A stretch of 64,000 bases of DNA from Escherichia phage vB_EcoS_MM-2, in the sequence record PV577658. The stretch is one strand, 5' to 3'. Shown here one piece after another: positions 16,300 to 26,896 of the stretch; the first letter of the stretch is position 1; each line of letters starts with the position of its first letter. The notes beneath the pieces were generated by a model that ran no database searches, was not told the origin of the DNA, and saw nothing but the letters and a program-made list of their open reading frames with translations. A program made the translations under genes and the position numbers.

Positions 16300-18867
16300 T
16301 TGAAAATCGCAGTAGTTGATAAAGCTCTAAATAACACTCGTTACGATAAACATTTCCAGCTATATGGCGAGGAAGTTGATGTATTTCATATGTGTAACGA
16401 GAAGTTATCTGGTCGTTTGCTTAAAAAGCACATTACTATTGGAACACCAGAAAACCCATTTGATCCGAATGATTACGATTTTGTTATACTAGTAGGTGCT
16501 GAACCTTTCCTGTATTTCGCAGGTAAGAAAGGCATTGGTGACTATACTGGTAAACGTGTAGAGTATAATGGATATGCTAACTGGATTGCGAGTATCAGCC
16601 CAGCCCAGTTACACTTTAAACCTGAAATGAAACCAGTTTTCGATGCAACAGTAGAAAATATCCACGATATTATCAATGGTCGTGAGAAGGTTGCAAAAGC
16701 TGGTGATTACCGTCCTATTACTGACCCTGACGAGGCGGAAGAATATATCAAGATGGTGTATAATATGGTTATCGGACCTGTCGCATTCGACTCCGAAACC
16801 TCAGCACTATACTGTCGAGATGGTTATCTGCTTGGTGTTTCTATGTCTCACCAAGAGTATCAGGGTGTATATATCGATTCTGATTGTCTCACCGAGGTTG
16901 CAGTATATTATCTCCAGAAAATTCTGGATAGTGAAAACCACACTATTGTTTTTCACAACCTGAAGTTTGATATGCACTTTTATAAGTACCATCTGGGACT
17001 TACTTTTGATAAAGCGCATAAAGAACGCAGGCTCCATGATACTATGTTGCAGCATTATGTTCTAGATGAACGTCGTGGTACTCATGGCTTGAAATCTCTA
17101 GCAATGAAGTATACCGATATGGGTGACTATGACTTCGAACTAGATAAGTTCAAAGAGGATTACTGCAAAGCACATAAAATCAAGAAAGAAGATTTCACCT
17201 ATGATTTAATTCCGTTTGATATTATGTGGCCTTACGCTGCGAAAGATACCGATGCTACCATACGTTTGCACAACTTCTTCTTACCAAAAATTGAGAAGAA
17301 TGAAAAACTTTGTAGTCTGTATTATGATGTCCTAATGCCTGGTTGTGTATTTCTCCAGCGTGTTGAGGATCGTGGTGTACCTATTTCTATTGATCGTTTA
17401 AAAGAAGCTCAGTACCAGTTAACCCATAATCTGAATAAAGCTCGTGAAAAACTGTATACTTATCCAGAAGTCGTTCAGCTAGAGAAAGATCAGAACGAAG
17501 CGTTTAACCCAAACTCTGTTAAACAACTCCGTGTTCTTCTGTTTGATTATGTTGGCTTAACTCCAACAGGTAAATTGACGGATACTGGAGCAGATTCTAC
17601 AGATGCAGAAGCTCTGAACGAATTGTCTACGCAGCATCCAATTGCTAAGACTCTACTAGAGATTCGTAAGCTAACTAAGCTGATCTCTACTTATGTTGAG
17701 AAGATTCTTCTGAGTATTGATGCAGATGGTTGCATTCGTACTGGTTTCCACGAACATATGACTACTTCTGGTCGTCTGAGTTCTTCCGGTAAACTGAACT
17801 TGCAACAGTTACCTCGTGATGAATCTATTATCAAGGGTTGTGTAGTAGCTCCTCCTGGGTATCGTGTAATCGCATGGGACTTAACAACTGCGGAAGTTTA
17901 TTATGCTGCTGTTCTATCTGGTGATAGAAATATGCAACAAGTATTTATCAACATGAGAAATGAACCAGATAAATACCCCGACTTCCACTCTAACATCGCA
18001 CACATGGTATTTAAGCTCCAATGCGAGCCTCGTGATGTTAAAAAGTTATTCCCAGCTCTGCGTCAAGCAGCTAAAGCAATCACCTTTGGTATTCTGTATG
18101 GTTCTGGCCCAGCTAAAGTAGCTCATTCTGTTAACGAAGCTCTTCTGGAACAGGCTGCTAAGACAGGCGAACCGTTTGTAGAGTGTACGGTTGCAGATGC
18201 TAAAGAGTATATAGAAACTTACTTCGGTCAGTTCCCGCAGCTTAAGCGTTGGATTGATAAGTGCCATGATCAGATCAAGAATCATGGATTTATCTATAGT
18301 CACTTTGGTCGTAAACGTCGTCTGCATAATATCCACTCCGAAGACCGTGGTGTTCAAGGTGAAGAAATCCGTTCTGGATTTAACGCAATCATTCAGTCTG
18401 CTTCTTCTGATAGTCTCCTTTTAGGTGCTGTAGATGCAGATAATGAGATCATTTCTCTTGGCCTAGAACAAGAGATGAAGATTGTTATGCTGGTTCACGA
18501 CTCCGTAGTTGCTATTGTTCGTGAGGATTTGATCGACCAATACAATGAAATCCTAATTCGTAATATTCAGAAAGACCGCGGTATTAGTATTCCTGGCTGT
18601 CCGATTGGTATTGATTCAGATTCTGAAGCTGGAGGTTCTCGCGACTACTCTTGTGGTAAGATGAAGAAACAGCACCCATCAATCGCTTGTATTGATGATG
18701 ATGAATATACTCGTTATGTCAAGGGTGTATTACTTGATGCAGAATTCGAGTATAAGAAACTAGCTGCAATGGATAAAGAGCATCCAGATCATAGCAAATA
18801 CAAGGATGATAAGTTTATTGCTGTATGTAAAGATTTGGATAACGTGAGAAGGATTCTCGGTGCTTGA
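16300..18867 (+). CDS. family-A DNA polymerase with 3'-5' exonuclease domain
   Basis: 855 aa; exo motif FDSETS, motif A WDLTTAEVYY, motif B RQAAKAITFGILYG, motif C LVHDSV; TTG start after AGGAG. Confidence 0.9.
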   Translation: MKIAVVDKALNNTRYDKHFQLYGEEVDVFHMCNEKLSGRLLKKHITIGTPENPFDPNDYDFVILVGAEPFLYFAGKKGIGDYTGKRVEYNGYANWIASISPAQLHFKPEMKPVFDATVENIHDIINGREKVAKAGDYRPITDPDEAEEYIKMVYNMVIGPVAFDSETSALYCRDGYLLGVSMSHQEYQGVYIDSDCLTEVAVYYLQKILDSENHTIVFHNLKFDMHFYKYHLGLTFDKAHKERRLHDTMLQHYVLDERRGTHGLKSLAMKYTDMGDYDFELDKFKEDYCKAHKIKKEDFTYDLIPFDIMWPYAAKDTDATIRLHNFFLPKIEKNEKLCSLYYDVLMPGCVFLQRVEDRGVPISIDRLKEAQYQLTHNLNKAREKLYTYPEVVQLEKDQNEAFNPNSVKQLRVLLFDYVGLTPTGKLTDTGADSTDAEALNELSTQHPIAKTLLEIRKLTKLISTYVEKILLSIDADGCIRTGFHEHMTTSGRLSSSGKLNLQQLPRDESIIKGCVVAPPGYRVIAWDLTTAEVYYAAVLSGDRNMQQVFINMRNEPDKYPDFHSNIAHMVFKLQCEPRDVKKLFPALRQAAKAITFGILYGSGPAKVAHSVNEALLEQAAKTGEPFVECTVADAKEYIETYFGQFPQLKRWIDKCHDQIKNHGFIYSHFGRKRRLHNIHSEDRGVQGEEIRSGFNAIIQSASSDSLLLGAVDADNEIISLGLEQEMKIVMLVHDSVVAIVREDLIDQYNEILIRNIQKDRGISIPGCPIGIDSDSEAGGSRDYSCGKMKKQHPSIACIDDDEYTRYVKGVLLDAEFEYKKLAAMDKEHPDHSKYKDDKFIAVCKDLDNVRRILGA

Positions 18868-19357
18868 TTTCAAATTGCCCGTATATGCTTTACGGGCTTT
18901 TGTATCAATTGAGCAAGAAGGTGATTATTCCGTAATTACAACAAGATATAATAAATATGTACTAGATAACAGGAAGTTGCCTGGCACTTTTTCTCAACGT
19001 AGGCTTATTCTATTTGAGAAACGGAAAGAATTACCATATAAGCTCTATCCTATTAGGGGCAGAATATCCATGTTGTCTCAATTAGTTGGGTCAAAGCGTA
19101 GCCAATTTATAGATTCTGATGGAAATCTTATTAACTGGAAGAAAACTACGTTTTATGATGTTGTCACCTCTAAAGTTTTGCATTCAGCTAGAATTTACAA
19201 CGGAAAATACCAATGCTATGTAGCTAAAGTTCCATATCCATTTGTATTATCCTATGTTCCAGCTTATATAAGCTATATTCTGGTAAATAATAGCCCTGTT
19301 ATTTACCAAGTCCATCAAGAGGAGCCTGAAATTCCTAGACTTAGAATAAAATTATGA
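18860..19357 (+). CDS. hypothetical protein
   Basis: Track ORF overlapping polymerase stop and helicase start. Confidence 0.4.
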   Translation: MLDFKLPVYALRAFVSIEQEGDYSVITTRYNKYVLDNRKLPGTFSQRRLILFEKRKELPYKLYPIRGRISMLSQLVGSKRSQFIDSDGNLINWKKTTFYDVVTSKVLHSARIYNGKYQCYVAKVPYPFVLSYVPAYISYILVNNSPVIYQVHQEEPEIPRLRIKL

Positions 19358-20706
19358 AGGTTGTTATATCTAATAAAGCCTATTTCAAGCCCGATGATGA
19401 ACTTTGGGATTATTGTAGTAAACAAACCACTTATCACATTGAGACAATGACTAGTAAATACCCTATTATGTATAAGAATAGTGGTGTTGTTGCCAAAGAG
19501 ATTAAGTGGATTCCTATCACGCGTCTGGATTTACTAGATGCTAAAGGAGTAAAATACGAATTAGTCGATAAACGCACATTAGCTCCAGTAGATATACCAA
19601 GACCTAAGTTCAAGCTGCGTGAAGAAGACCAGCTCCCAATATATGAAGAGTGCGATGATACCTGTATTATTAATGGTAAGCCTGGATTTGGCAAAACTAT
19701 CCTAGCCCTGGCACTTGCGTATAAATTTGGCCAGAAAACTTTGGTAATTTGTACCAACACATCTATTCGTGAAATGTGGGCGGCAGAAGTTCGTAAATGG
19801 TTTGGGTTTGAACCAGGTATCATAGGTTCTGGAAAATACAATATTGATCCACCAATTGTGGTCAGTAATATTCAAACAGTGAATAAACATGCGAATAATC
19901 TTTCTAAAGTATTCGGTACTGTTATAGTTGATGAAGTTCACCATTGTGTGGCTACAACTTTCACTAACTTCCTAGAAATATCATGTGCTCGCTATAAGAT
20001 TGGGCTATCTGGAACATTAAAACGTAAAGATGGTCTACAAGTTATGTTCAAAGATTTCTTTGGATATAAGATCTTTAGCCCACCGGTTAATAATACTGTT
20101 GCACCTACAATCCATAGGTATTCCGTACCTGTTGAGTTATCAGGAAATCAGAATGTGCCATGGGCATTACGTGCTAACGATGTATACAACCATCCTGAGT
20201 ATCGAGAGACTATTATAAATCTAGCACATTTATACGTGAATATGGGACATAAAGTACTCATTGTAAGTGATAGAACAGAGCTAATCCAAACAGTACTAGA
20301 AGCTCTTACACAACGTGGTGTTACAACGTATGAAATTATAGGGGCAACCCACTTGGATGACCGATTAAAAATTCAGGAAGATATAGCAAAAGGTGGACCT
20401 TGTGTACTTGCAGCCGCTCAAAGTATCTTCTCTGAAGGTATTTCTCTTAATGAGTTGTCTTGTTTAATAATGGGAAGTCTTATTAATAATGAGTCTCTCA
20501 TTGAACAGCTTGCAGGTCGTGTTCAACGTATTGTTGATGGTAAACTCGACCCGATTGTTGTAGATCTAATTATGAAAGGTGGCACTGGGCTAAGGCAGGC
20601 TTCTGGACGTATGGCAGTATATCGTAACAACGGGTGGAAAACTATTACTATGACTCCAGAGAAAGCAGTTCAATTAGCTAAAATTGCATTTGGCAACAGC
20701 TCATAA
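19354..20706 (+). CDS. SF2 DEAH-box helicase (T5 D10-like branch-migration helicase)
   Basis: Walker A GKPGFGKT, DEAH box VIVDEVHHC, helicase C-terminal region with QLAGRVQR. Confidence 0.7.
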   Translation: MKVVISNKAYFKPDDELWDYCSKQTTYHIETMTSKYPIMYKNSGVVAKEIKWIPITRLDLLDAKGVKYELVDKRTLAPVDIPRPKFKLREEDQLPIYEECDDTCIINGKPGFGKTILALALAYKFGQKTLVICTNTSIREMWAAEVRKWFGFEPGIIGSGKYNIDPPIVVSNIQTVNKHANNLSKVFGTVIVDEVHHCVATTFTNFLEISCARYKIGLSGTLKRKDGLQVMFKDFFGYKIFSPPVNNTVAPTIHRYSVPVELSGNQNVPWALRANDVYNHPEYRETIINLAHLYVNMGHKVLIVSDRTELIQTVLEALTQRGVTTYEIIGATHLDDRLKIQEDIAKGGPCVLAAAQSIFSEGISLNELSCLIMGSLINNESLIEQLAGRVQRIVDGKLDPIVVDLIMKGGTGLRQASGRMAVYRNNGWKTITMTPEKAVQLAKIAFGNSS

Positions 20707-20720
20707 ATGATGTATAATAT
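20690..20720 (+). promoter_or_regulatory. early promoter (first of a tandem pair)
   Basis: ttggca..17 bp..tataat then atatacataaatttgagagag. Confidence 0.5.
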
Positions 20721-20789
20721 ATACATAAATTTGAGAGAGAAAGTTTCGGATTGATAAGAAAGTCCGAAGCAGAAAAATAAAAATTTTAG

Positions 20790-20825
20790 TTGCTAAATTC
20801 TCTCGAAATCTAGTATAATATATAC
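20790..20825 (+). promoter_or_regulatory. early promoter (second of the tandem pair)
   Basis: ttgcta..18 bp..tataat then atatacataaattcgaggag. Confidence 0.5.
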
Positions 20826-20926
20826 ATAAATTCGAGGAGAAAACAAAAATTAAATTCTTCGATTATGAAAAGCTATACTTACTAGCTAGAGGAAATTCCG
20901 ACCTAATTATTAAGTTATTCAAAAGA

Positions 20927-21211
20927 ATGCTTACAGAGCCTGATGCTCACCAATTGTTGGTCGGTTCCTCATTCATTTTGAATGAATCAACTATTGTTGA
21001 TAATCCAAATAAATTGTCTAATAGACAACTGGCAGAATATCTAGGAATTTTAAGTCTACGAAATTATGCCGAATACAAGTTTACAAACGATCCTAGTTTG
21101 GACATGCAATATGTTCCAGTATGGATACCACGTTTAGTAATCGACACTAACCCATTAATCGCAATTAACAAATCAAAATTAATCTTTAAAGAGGAAATAA
21201 AATATGGCTAA
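20927..21211 (+). CDS. hypothetical protein
   Basis: Track ORF. Confidence 0.35.
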   Translation: MLTEPDAHQLLVGSSFILNESTIVDNPNKLSNRQLAEYLGILSLRNYAEYKFTNDPSLDMQYVPVWIPRLVIDTNPLIAINKSKLIFKEEIKYG

Positions 21212-21977
21212 GTCTTGGGGCGAAACTACTGGCGGTTCTAACGATAAAATCGAATTCCTGAAGTTCAACAACGGTATCACTCGTGTTCGTATCGTTTCTG
21301 GTGTTCTTCCACGTTATGTCTATTGGCTGACTAATAAAGAGGGTAACGTAGCTCCTTTCGAATGTCTCCGTTTTAATCGTGACAAAGAGAGCTTCGTTCG
21401 CGGTAAAGCTGATCCGGTTCATGAGATGGGCTTCTTCGAGAAAGAGCTGGATAAAGATGGTAATCGTGTTCCGCTGAAACCGAAGAAAAACTATATCGCT
21501 TTTGTTATCGATCGCTCTGATAACAAACTGAAAGTAATGGAAGTCAAGGCTACTATTCTGAAAGGCATCCAGTCTATCATGAAGCAGTTGAGTCTGGCAA
21601 CTCCGTTTGATATTGATATTTCTATCGAGAAAAAAGGTAAAGGTTTCGATACTGAGTATGATGTACAGCAGATTGCTGCTATGCAGTTCCAGATTAAGCT
21701 GCAAGATCCTAACAGTGCAGAATCTAAGCAATATGCTGCAGATGTAGATCTGATCGGTGAAGCTATGTGTGATGAAGATGGCGACATCATTAAGTTCGAA
21801 AAAGTTCCTTCTCTGGAACAAACCTATCCGGTTCCTACCTATGAAGAGCAGAAAGAAGCAATTCTAGCCTTCATGGAGGGTCGTGAGAATAAAGATGATG
21901 ATGCCAAATCTGGTAATAGCAATGCAGGCTCCCAGAAAGGTATTGACACAGAAGCTGCAAGCGATCTGGACGACTAA
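21204..21977 (+). CDS. putative single-stranded DNA-binding protein, codon-biased
   Basis: Acidic C-terminal tail (DTEAASDLDD) typical of SSBs; OB fold not verifiable by eye. Confidence 0.35.
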   Translation: MAKSWGETTGGSNDKIEFLKFNNGITRVRIVSGVLPRYVYWLTNKEGNVAPFECLRFNRDKESFVRGKADPVHEMGFFEKELDKDGNRVPLKPKKNYIAFVIDRSDNKLKVMEVKATILKGIQSIMKQLSLATPFDIDISIEKKGKGFDTEYDVQQIAAMQFQIKLQDPNSAESKQYAADVDLIGEAMCDEDGDIIKFEKVPSLEQTYPVPTYEEQKEAILAFMEGRENKDDDAKSGNSNAGSQKGIDTEAASDLDD

Positions 21978-21984
21978 TAAATAG

Positions 21985-22008
21985 AGGGGCTTCGGCCCCT
22001 TTCTTTTT
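21985..22008 (+). terminator. rho-independent terminator
   Basis: aggggc-ttcg-gcccct hairpin followed by ttctttttaa. Confidence 0.65.
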
Positions 22009-22013
22009 AACCA

Positions 22014-22991
22014 ATGAGAATATTATTTAGTGCTGATCATCATATCAAACTAGGACAAGATAAAGTTCCAAAGGAATGGCAGAAGCGTCGCTTCCTGATG
22101 CTAGGAGAACGGTTAAATGATATATTCCATAATCATAACTGTGATCTTCATATTGCTGGTGGTGATATACTTGATGTTGCCGACCCGTCATCAGAAGAAG
22201 TAGAACTGCTTGAACAGTTCATGTCAAGACTTGACCATCCAGGCAAAATCTTTACTGGAAATCATGAAATGTTAACGAAAACCATTTCATGCCTATATCA
22301 TTATGCAGGAGTTATTAATAAAGTAACGAGTGGTAAGTGGGAAGTAATTACCAAACCATATCGTTCCCCTGAATTTGATATTGTTCCGTATGACGAAATC
22401 CATAAATCTAAGTGGAAACCATCTGAATCAAAACTATGTTTCACGCATGTTCGCGGTGAAATCCCTCCGCATGTAAAACCAGAAATTAATCTAACTAAGT
22501 ACAACTGTTATGATACTGTAATTGCTGGTGATTTACATTCTTATACTAATAGCCAGACTATCGGGTCTACTAGACTCCTCTACCCAGGGTCTCCATTAAC
22601 TACATCGTTCCATAGAGAACGCACAAAAGGTACAAATGGTTGCTTTATAGTTGATACCGACACATTAAAAGTAGAATGGATTGAACTCGGTGATTTACCA
22701 CAACTGATTCGTAAAACAATCGGAGCTGGTGAAGAGATGGAACCTAGTGATTATGATCGTGTAGTCTATGAAGTTACTGGTGACGTTGTTCAATTAAAGT
22801 CTATCAAAGACTCTGATTTATTAGATAAGAAGATTAACCATCGAGTTACTAAAGACGCTAAGTTAAATCTTGTTGATCTTGATATGTTAGGCGAACTTGA
22901 ACTTTACTTCCGTGAAGTTGAGAAGCTATCTCAAGGTGACATTGATAGAATCTTGGCTAGAGCTGCGAAATATGTCAAAGATTACAATTAA
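22014..22991 (+). CDS. SbcD/Mre11-family nuclease
   Basis: Calcineurin-like phosphoesterase motifs SADHH, GGDILD, GNHE. Confidence 0.75.
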   Translation: MRILFSADHHIKLGQDKVPKEWQKRRFLMLGERLNDIFHNHNCDLHIAGGDILDVADPSSEEVELLEQFMSRLDHPGKIFTGNHEMLTKTISCLYHYAGVINKVTSGKWEVITKPYRSPEFDIVPYDEIHKSKWKPSESKLCFTHVRGEIPPHVKPEINLTKYNCYDTVIAGDLHSYTNSQTIGSTRLLYPGSPLTTSFHRERTKGTNGCFIVDTDTLKVEWIELGDLPQLIRKTIGAGEEMEPSDYDRVVYEVTGDVVQLKSIKDSDLLDKKINHRVTKDAKLNLVDLDMLGELELYFREVEKLSQGDIDRILARAAKYVKDYN

Positions 22992-24810
22992 GACACTAAA
23001 ATTTAGTAACGTTATGTCTTACGGTAAGGACATCGTAATTCATTTCGACAAGAATCCAGTTACTCAACTAATTGGTGGCAATGGGCTAGGGAAATCCACC
23101 ATCGCTACGGTTATCGAGGAATTGTTTTATAACAAGAACTCACGGGGTATTAAGAAGGATGCTCTGTTCTCTTGGTCTTCTCCGAAAAAAGAGTATGATA
23201 TGCACGCTTACTTCTCAAAAGATGAAGATGAGTATGAATTGCATAAAGTAGTTAAATCAACTGCTAAAGTAACCCTTATTAAGAATGGAGAAGATATTAG
23301 TGGACACACGGCGACCCAAACATACAAGATGATTGAAGAAATTATGGGTGGTGACTTCCAAACATTCACCAAACTTATTTATCAATCAGTGGGTTCTAAT
23401 CTAGACTTTCTAAAAGCAACAGATGCAACACGTAAGGCTTTTCTTGTCAACTTGTTCAATCAAGAACAGTACAAAGAAATGTCAGAAACTATTAAGGCTG
23501 ACCGTAAAGAAATAGCAAATACCTTAAATAATTTGCAGGGCCAAATGGCTGTAATTACGAAAATTCTTAATGGAAAGAATAACTTGGGAACTTTGCAGGA
23601 ACCTGTAGAAGTACCGGAGTTTGATGAAGAGCCGTTAGCACAAGAACTTACTGAATCGAAAATTAAGGCGGCATTAGCCAAGTCTCAAGAGGCTAATATT
23701 ACTAAATTGCGTAATTTGGACAAAGCTGTACAAGTTGCCGAACAATCTTTCGAGCCTTTCAAAAATTTACCCGCGCCCACTGACCAAAATGAAGAGATCT
23801 CGAGTGTTACGCGTGACCTAACGATTGTGACCTCACGTGCGAGCGAAGTTAAGAAACGTTATCAGAAGTTCAAGCAAGAGGCTTCAAATACTGAATGTCC
23901 TACCTGTGGTACTCATCTGGATACAACTGCTGCGCAAAAAGCAATGGATATGGCTAGAACAGAATATGATCCTCTGTTCAAAGAGAAGCAATCTCTTGAA
24001 GCTAAGCTAGAACAGTTGAAGAAGGAACAACTTGAGTACGTTGCGTATACTAGAGCAAAGGATGCTTTGGATAAGGCAGTGGTAGCTAGAGACGAGTTCA
24101 AAAATTCAATGAGTGATGCTTCTTTTGAAGAACTCAATGTGCAAATCCTACAGGTGCAAATCCGACAATTAGAACAGGAAATAGCTGATGGACGTTCTAA
24201 GGTTGCAATTGCTAAAGAACATAATGCAAATATTGAGTTAGCCAATGCAAAATATAAGGCGAAACTAGAACAGATTGAGAAAGCTGAGGCAGAAATGTCT
24301 GAGATTACATCCAAACTGGATGGAGTATCAGAAGCTGTTGCTGATCTCGATATTCTGATTGCTGCATTAAAGAATCTAGTAGGATATAAGCTAGAGCATA
24401 GTGTGAAAGTATTTGAAGAACTTATCAATAAATACCTTTCTATTATGACTGGCGGTAAGTTCGCACTTGGATTTGAACTTGATGAAACGAAATTGCAAGT
24501 AGTAATCTTCAATGATGGAAACCGTACCAGTATGGAGAATTGCTCTACTGGTCAGCAAAGTCGAATCAACCTAGCAACTCTGTTAGCTATTCGAATGCTA
24601 CTAACATCTATTAGTAAAGTTAATATTAATCTTCTATTCCTTGATGAAGTAATTAGCTTTATTGATACTAAAGGACTTGACACCCTTGTTGAATTATTAA
24701 ATGAGGAAGAAAGTCTAAATTCTATCATTGTTTCTCATGGGCATACGCATCCATTAGCCCATAAGATTACTGTCAAAAAAGATGCAGAAGGATTTTCCTA
24801 CTTAGAATAA
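22897..24810 (+). CDS. SbcC/Rad50-family ATPase (likely start at Met ~22972)
   Basis: Walker A GGNGLGKST, long coiled coil with CPTCG zinc-hook, signature STGQQSRINLA, Walker B LLFLDEV. Confidence 0.75.
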   Translation: MNFTSVKLRSYLKVTLIESWLELRNMSKITIKTLKFSNVMSYGKDIVIHFDKNPVTQLIGGNGLGKSTIATVIEELFYNKNSRGIKKDALFSWSSPKKEYDMHAYFSKDEDEYELHKVVKSTAKVTLIKNGEDISGHTATQTYKMIEEIMGGDFQTFTKLIYQSVGSNLDFLKATDATRKAFLVNLFNQEQYKEMSETIKADRKEIANTLNNLQGQMAVITKILNGKNNLGTLQEPVEVPEFDEEPLAQELTESKIKAALAKSQEANITKLRNLDKAVQVAEQSFEPFKNLPAPTDQNEEISSVTRDLTIVTSRASEVKKRYQKFKQEASNTECPTCGTHLDTTAAQKAMDMARTEYDPLFKEKQSLEAKLEQLKKEQLEYVAYTRAKDALDKAVVARDEFKNSMSDASFEELNVQILQVQIRQLEQEIADGRSKVAIAKEHNANIELANAKYKAKLEQIEKAEAEMSEITSKLDGVSEAVADLDILIAALKNLVGYKLEHSVKVFEELINKYLSIMTGGKFALGFELDETKLQVVIFNDGNRTSMENCSTGQQSRINLATLLAIRMLLTSISKVNINLLFLDEVISFIDTKGLDTLVELLNEEESLNSIIVSHGHTHPLAHKITVKKDAEGFSYLE

Positions 24811-24813
24811 AAC

Positions 24814-25296
24814 ATGGCTGTAGATAGTAGAGAGAAAGGTAAACGTGGTGAATATCAGGTAAGAGATATTCTACGTGAGCGTACAGGTCTTGAGTGGGAA
24901 CGTGTTCCTGGCTCTGGTGCTTTTGGCCAGAGCCACGGACTGAAGGGTGACATCTACCTTCCACCACAAAGTGGACACATTAGTAAATACTGCTTCGAAG
25001 TTAAGTGGTATAAAGATGATAATATCTCAAGTAATTTATTTAATGTTGGTGAATCCACTCTAGAGAAGTGGTGGCAGCAGTGCTCACGTGAAGGTGAGCA
25101 GATGAACTCCAAACCTGCATTAATATTCAAAAAAGACAGAGGACAGTGGTTAATAGCTTTGGATAGCTCAGACCCGATGGTTGACAACTTAATGAGTCGT
25201 ACCCATATGGTGTTAAATAAAAAAGACATGGAAATCGTAATTGGTTTATTTGAGCCGTGGCTACATCATGCATCTGTTGAGGACTTAATTAAATAA
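24814..25296 (+). CDS. putative PD-(D/E)xK-family nuclease
   Basis: GDIY ... FEVK arrangement consistent with D-x(n)-E-x-K; weak. Confidence 0.35.
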   Translation: MAVDSREKGKRGEYQVRDILRERTGLEWERVPGSGAFGQSHGLKGDIYLPPQSGHISKYCFEVKWYKDDNISSNLFNVGESTLEKWWQQCSREGEQMNSKPALIFKKDRGQWLIALDSSDPMVDNLMSRTHMVLNKKDMEIVIGLFEPWLHHASVEDLIK

Positions 25297-26171
25297 TGAG
25301 TAAATCCTGGGGAAAATTTATTGAAGAAGAGGAAGCTGAAATGGCTTCCCGTCGTAACCTAATGATTGTCGATGGAACTAACTTAGGCTTTCGCTTCAAA
25401 CATAACAATAGTAAAAAACCATTTGCCTCAAGTTATGTTTCCACTATTCAGTCTCTAGCAAAATCTTATTCTGCTAGAACTACAATAGTTTTAGGAGATA
25501 AGGGGAAGTCTGCATTCCGCTTAGAGCATTTACCTGAGTATAAGGGTAATCGAGATGAGAAATACTCTCAGCGTACGGAAGAGGAGAAAGCGTTAGATGA
25601 GCAGTTCTTCGAGTATTTGAAAGATGCTTTCGAGTTATGTGAAACTACATTCCCAACTTTCACTATTCGGGGTGTAGAAGCAGATGATATGGCAGCTTAT
25701 ATTGTTAAACTGATCGGGCATCTATATGATCACGTTTGGCTGATTTCTACTGACGGTGACTGGGATACTTTATTAACTGATAAAGTATCTCGCTTCTCTT
25801 TCACAACACGTCGTGAATACCATCTTCGTGATATGTATGAGCATCATAATGTTGACGATGTAGAGCAGTTTATCTCCCTGAAAGCAATTATGGGTGATTT
25901 AGGGGATAATATCCGAGGTGTTGAAGGTATTGGGGCAAAGCGCGGGTATAATATTATTCGTGAATTTGGTAACGTTCTGGATATTATTGATCAGCTTCCA
26001 CTGCCTGGAAAACAGAAATATATACAGAATTTAAATGCTTCGGAAGAATTGCTTTATCGAAACCTAATTCTGGTTGATTTACCTACCTACTGTGTGGATG
26101 CTATTGCTGCTGTAGGTCAAGATGTATTAGATAAATTTACAAAAGATATTTTGGAGATTGCAGAACAATGA
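25296..26171 (+). CDS. D15: 5'-3' exonuclease / flap endonuclease (T5 D15-type)
   Basis: 291 aa; N-terminus MSKSWGKFIEEEEAEMASRRNLMIVDGTNLGFRF matches my recollection of T5 exonuclease; FEN acidic clusters and H3TH region. Confidence 0.9.
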   Translation: MSKSWGKFIEEEEAEMASRRNLMIVDGTNLGFRFKHNNSKKPFASSYVSTIQSLAKSYSARTTIVLGDKGKSAFRLEHLPEYKGNRDEKYSQRTEEEKALDEQFFEYLKDAFELCETTFPTFTIRGVEADDMAAYIVKLIGHLYDHVWLISTDGDWDTLLTDKVSRFSFTTRREYHLRDMYEHHNVDDVEQFISLKAIMGDLGDNIRGVEGIGAKRGYNIIREFGNVLDIIDQLPLPGKQKYIQNLNASEELLYRNLILVDLPTYCVDAIAAVGQDVLDKFTKDILEIAEQ

Positions 26172-26614
26172 TTAAAATTAAATTAACTCATCCAGATTGT
26201 ATGCCTAAGATTGGTTCCGAAGATGCCGCAGGTATGGATCTGCGAGCATTCTTTGGTACTAATCCTGCCGCAGACTTACGCGCTATTGCACCAGGCAAAT
26301 CTCTTATGATTGACACCGGTGTCGCGGTAGAAATTCCGCGAGGTTGGTTCGGTTTGGTAGTTCCGCGTAGTTCTTTAGGTAAACGCCATTTGATGATTGC
26401 AAATACCGCAGGAGTGATTGACTCAGACTATCGTGGAACTATTAAGATGAATCTGTTTAACTACGGTTCTGAAATTCAAACTCTGGAGAATTTTGAAAGA
26501 CTTTGTCAGCTAGTAGTAGTACCACACTACTCAACTCATAATTTTGAAATCGTTGACGAACTAGGGGAGACTGATCGTGGGGAAGACGGATTTGGAAGTT
26601 CAGGAAGCAAATAA
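26168..26614 (+). CDS. dut: dUTPase
   Basis: dUTPase motifs AAGMDLRA, PRSS, IDSDYRG, FGSSG. Confidence 0.85.
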   Translation: MIKIKLTHPDCMPKIGSEDAAGMDLRAFFGTNPAADLRAIAPGKSLMIDTGVAVEIPRGWFGLVVPRSSLGKRHLMIANTAGVIDSDYRGTIKMNLFNYGSEIQTLENFERLCQLVVVPHYSTHNFEIVDELGETDRGEDGFGSSGSK

Positions 26615-26840
26615 TTTTACTGATCCTAATATGATAGGTATTGATACTAATATGTCAACTTATCAGATTAAAACTGCTGAACCAGAAACGTTTGTGCTAA
26701 AAACAGATAAAGAAGGTAATGTTACTTTCTGGGACCCTGAAGGTTTTGTAGAGCTTTGTACTAATACGGATAATGAGCATTTAAAACTACTATTAGCTAT
26801 TTATAATCTTGGTATTATAGAAGGTTGTAGAAGCAAGTAA
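26577..26840 (+). CDS. hypothetical protein
   Basis: Track ORF overlapping the dUTPase gene end. Confidence 0.35.
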   Translation: MGKTDLEVQEANNFTDPNMIGIDTNMSTYQIKTAEPETFVLKTDKEGNVTFWDPEGFVELCTNTDNEHLKLLLAIYNLGIIEGCRSK

Positions 26841-26848
26841 TAGAAAAA

Positions 26849-26880
26849 CCCCGGTGGATTTTGTCCACCGGGGTTTCTTT
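26849..26880. terminator. bidirectional rho-independent terminator between convergent early and late units
   Basis: Perfect 10-bp stem ccccggtgga-ttttg-tccaccgggg flanked by an A-run and tttcttt. Confidence 0.75.
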
Positions 26881-26896
26881 GTACTATGTATATGTA

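Noticed and set aside
16676-17055. Short ORFs on both strands inside the DNA polymerase gene
   Set aside because: Nested within a motif-confirmed 855-aa polymerase; no independent signals.
23913-24512. 199-aa minus-strand ORF inside the SbcC-like gene
   Set aside because: Antisense to the coiled-coil region of a motif-supported gene; Ser/Ala-rich low-complexity translation.
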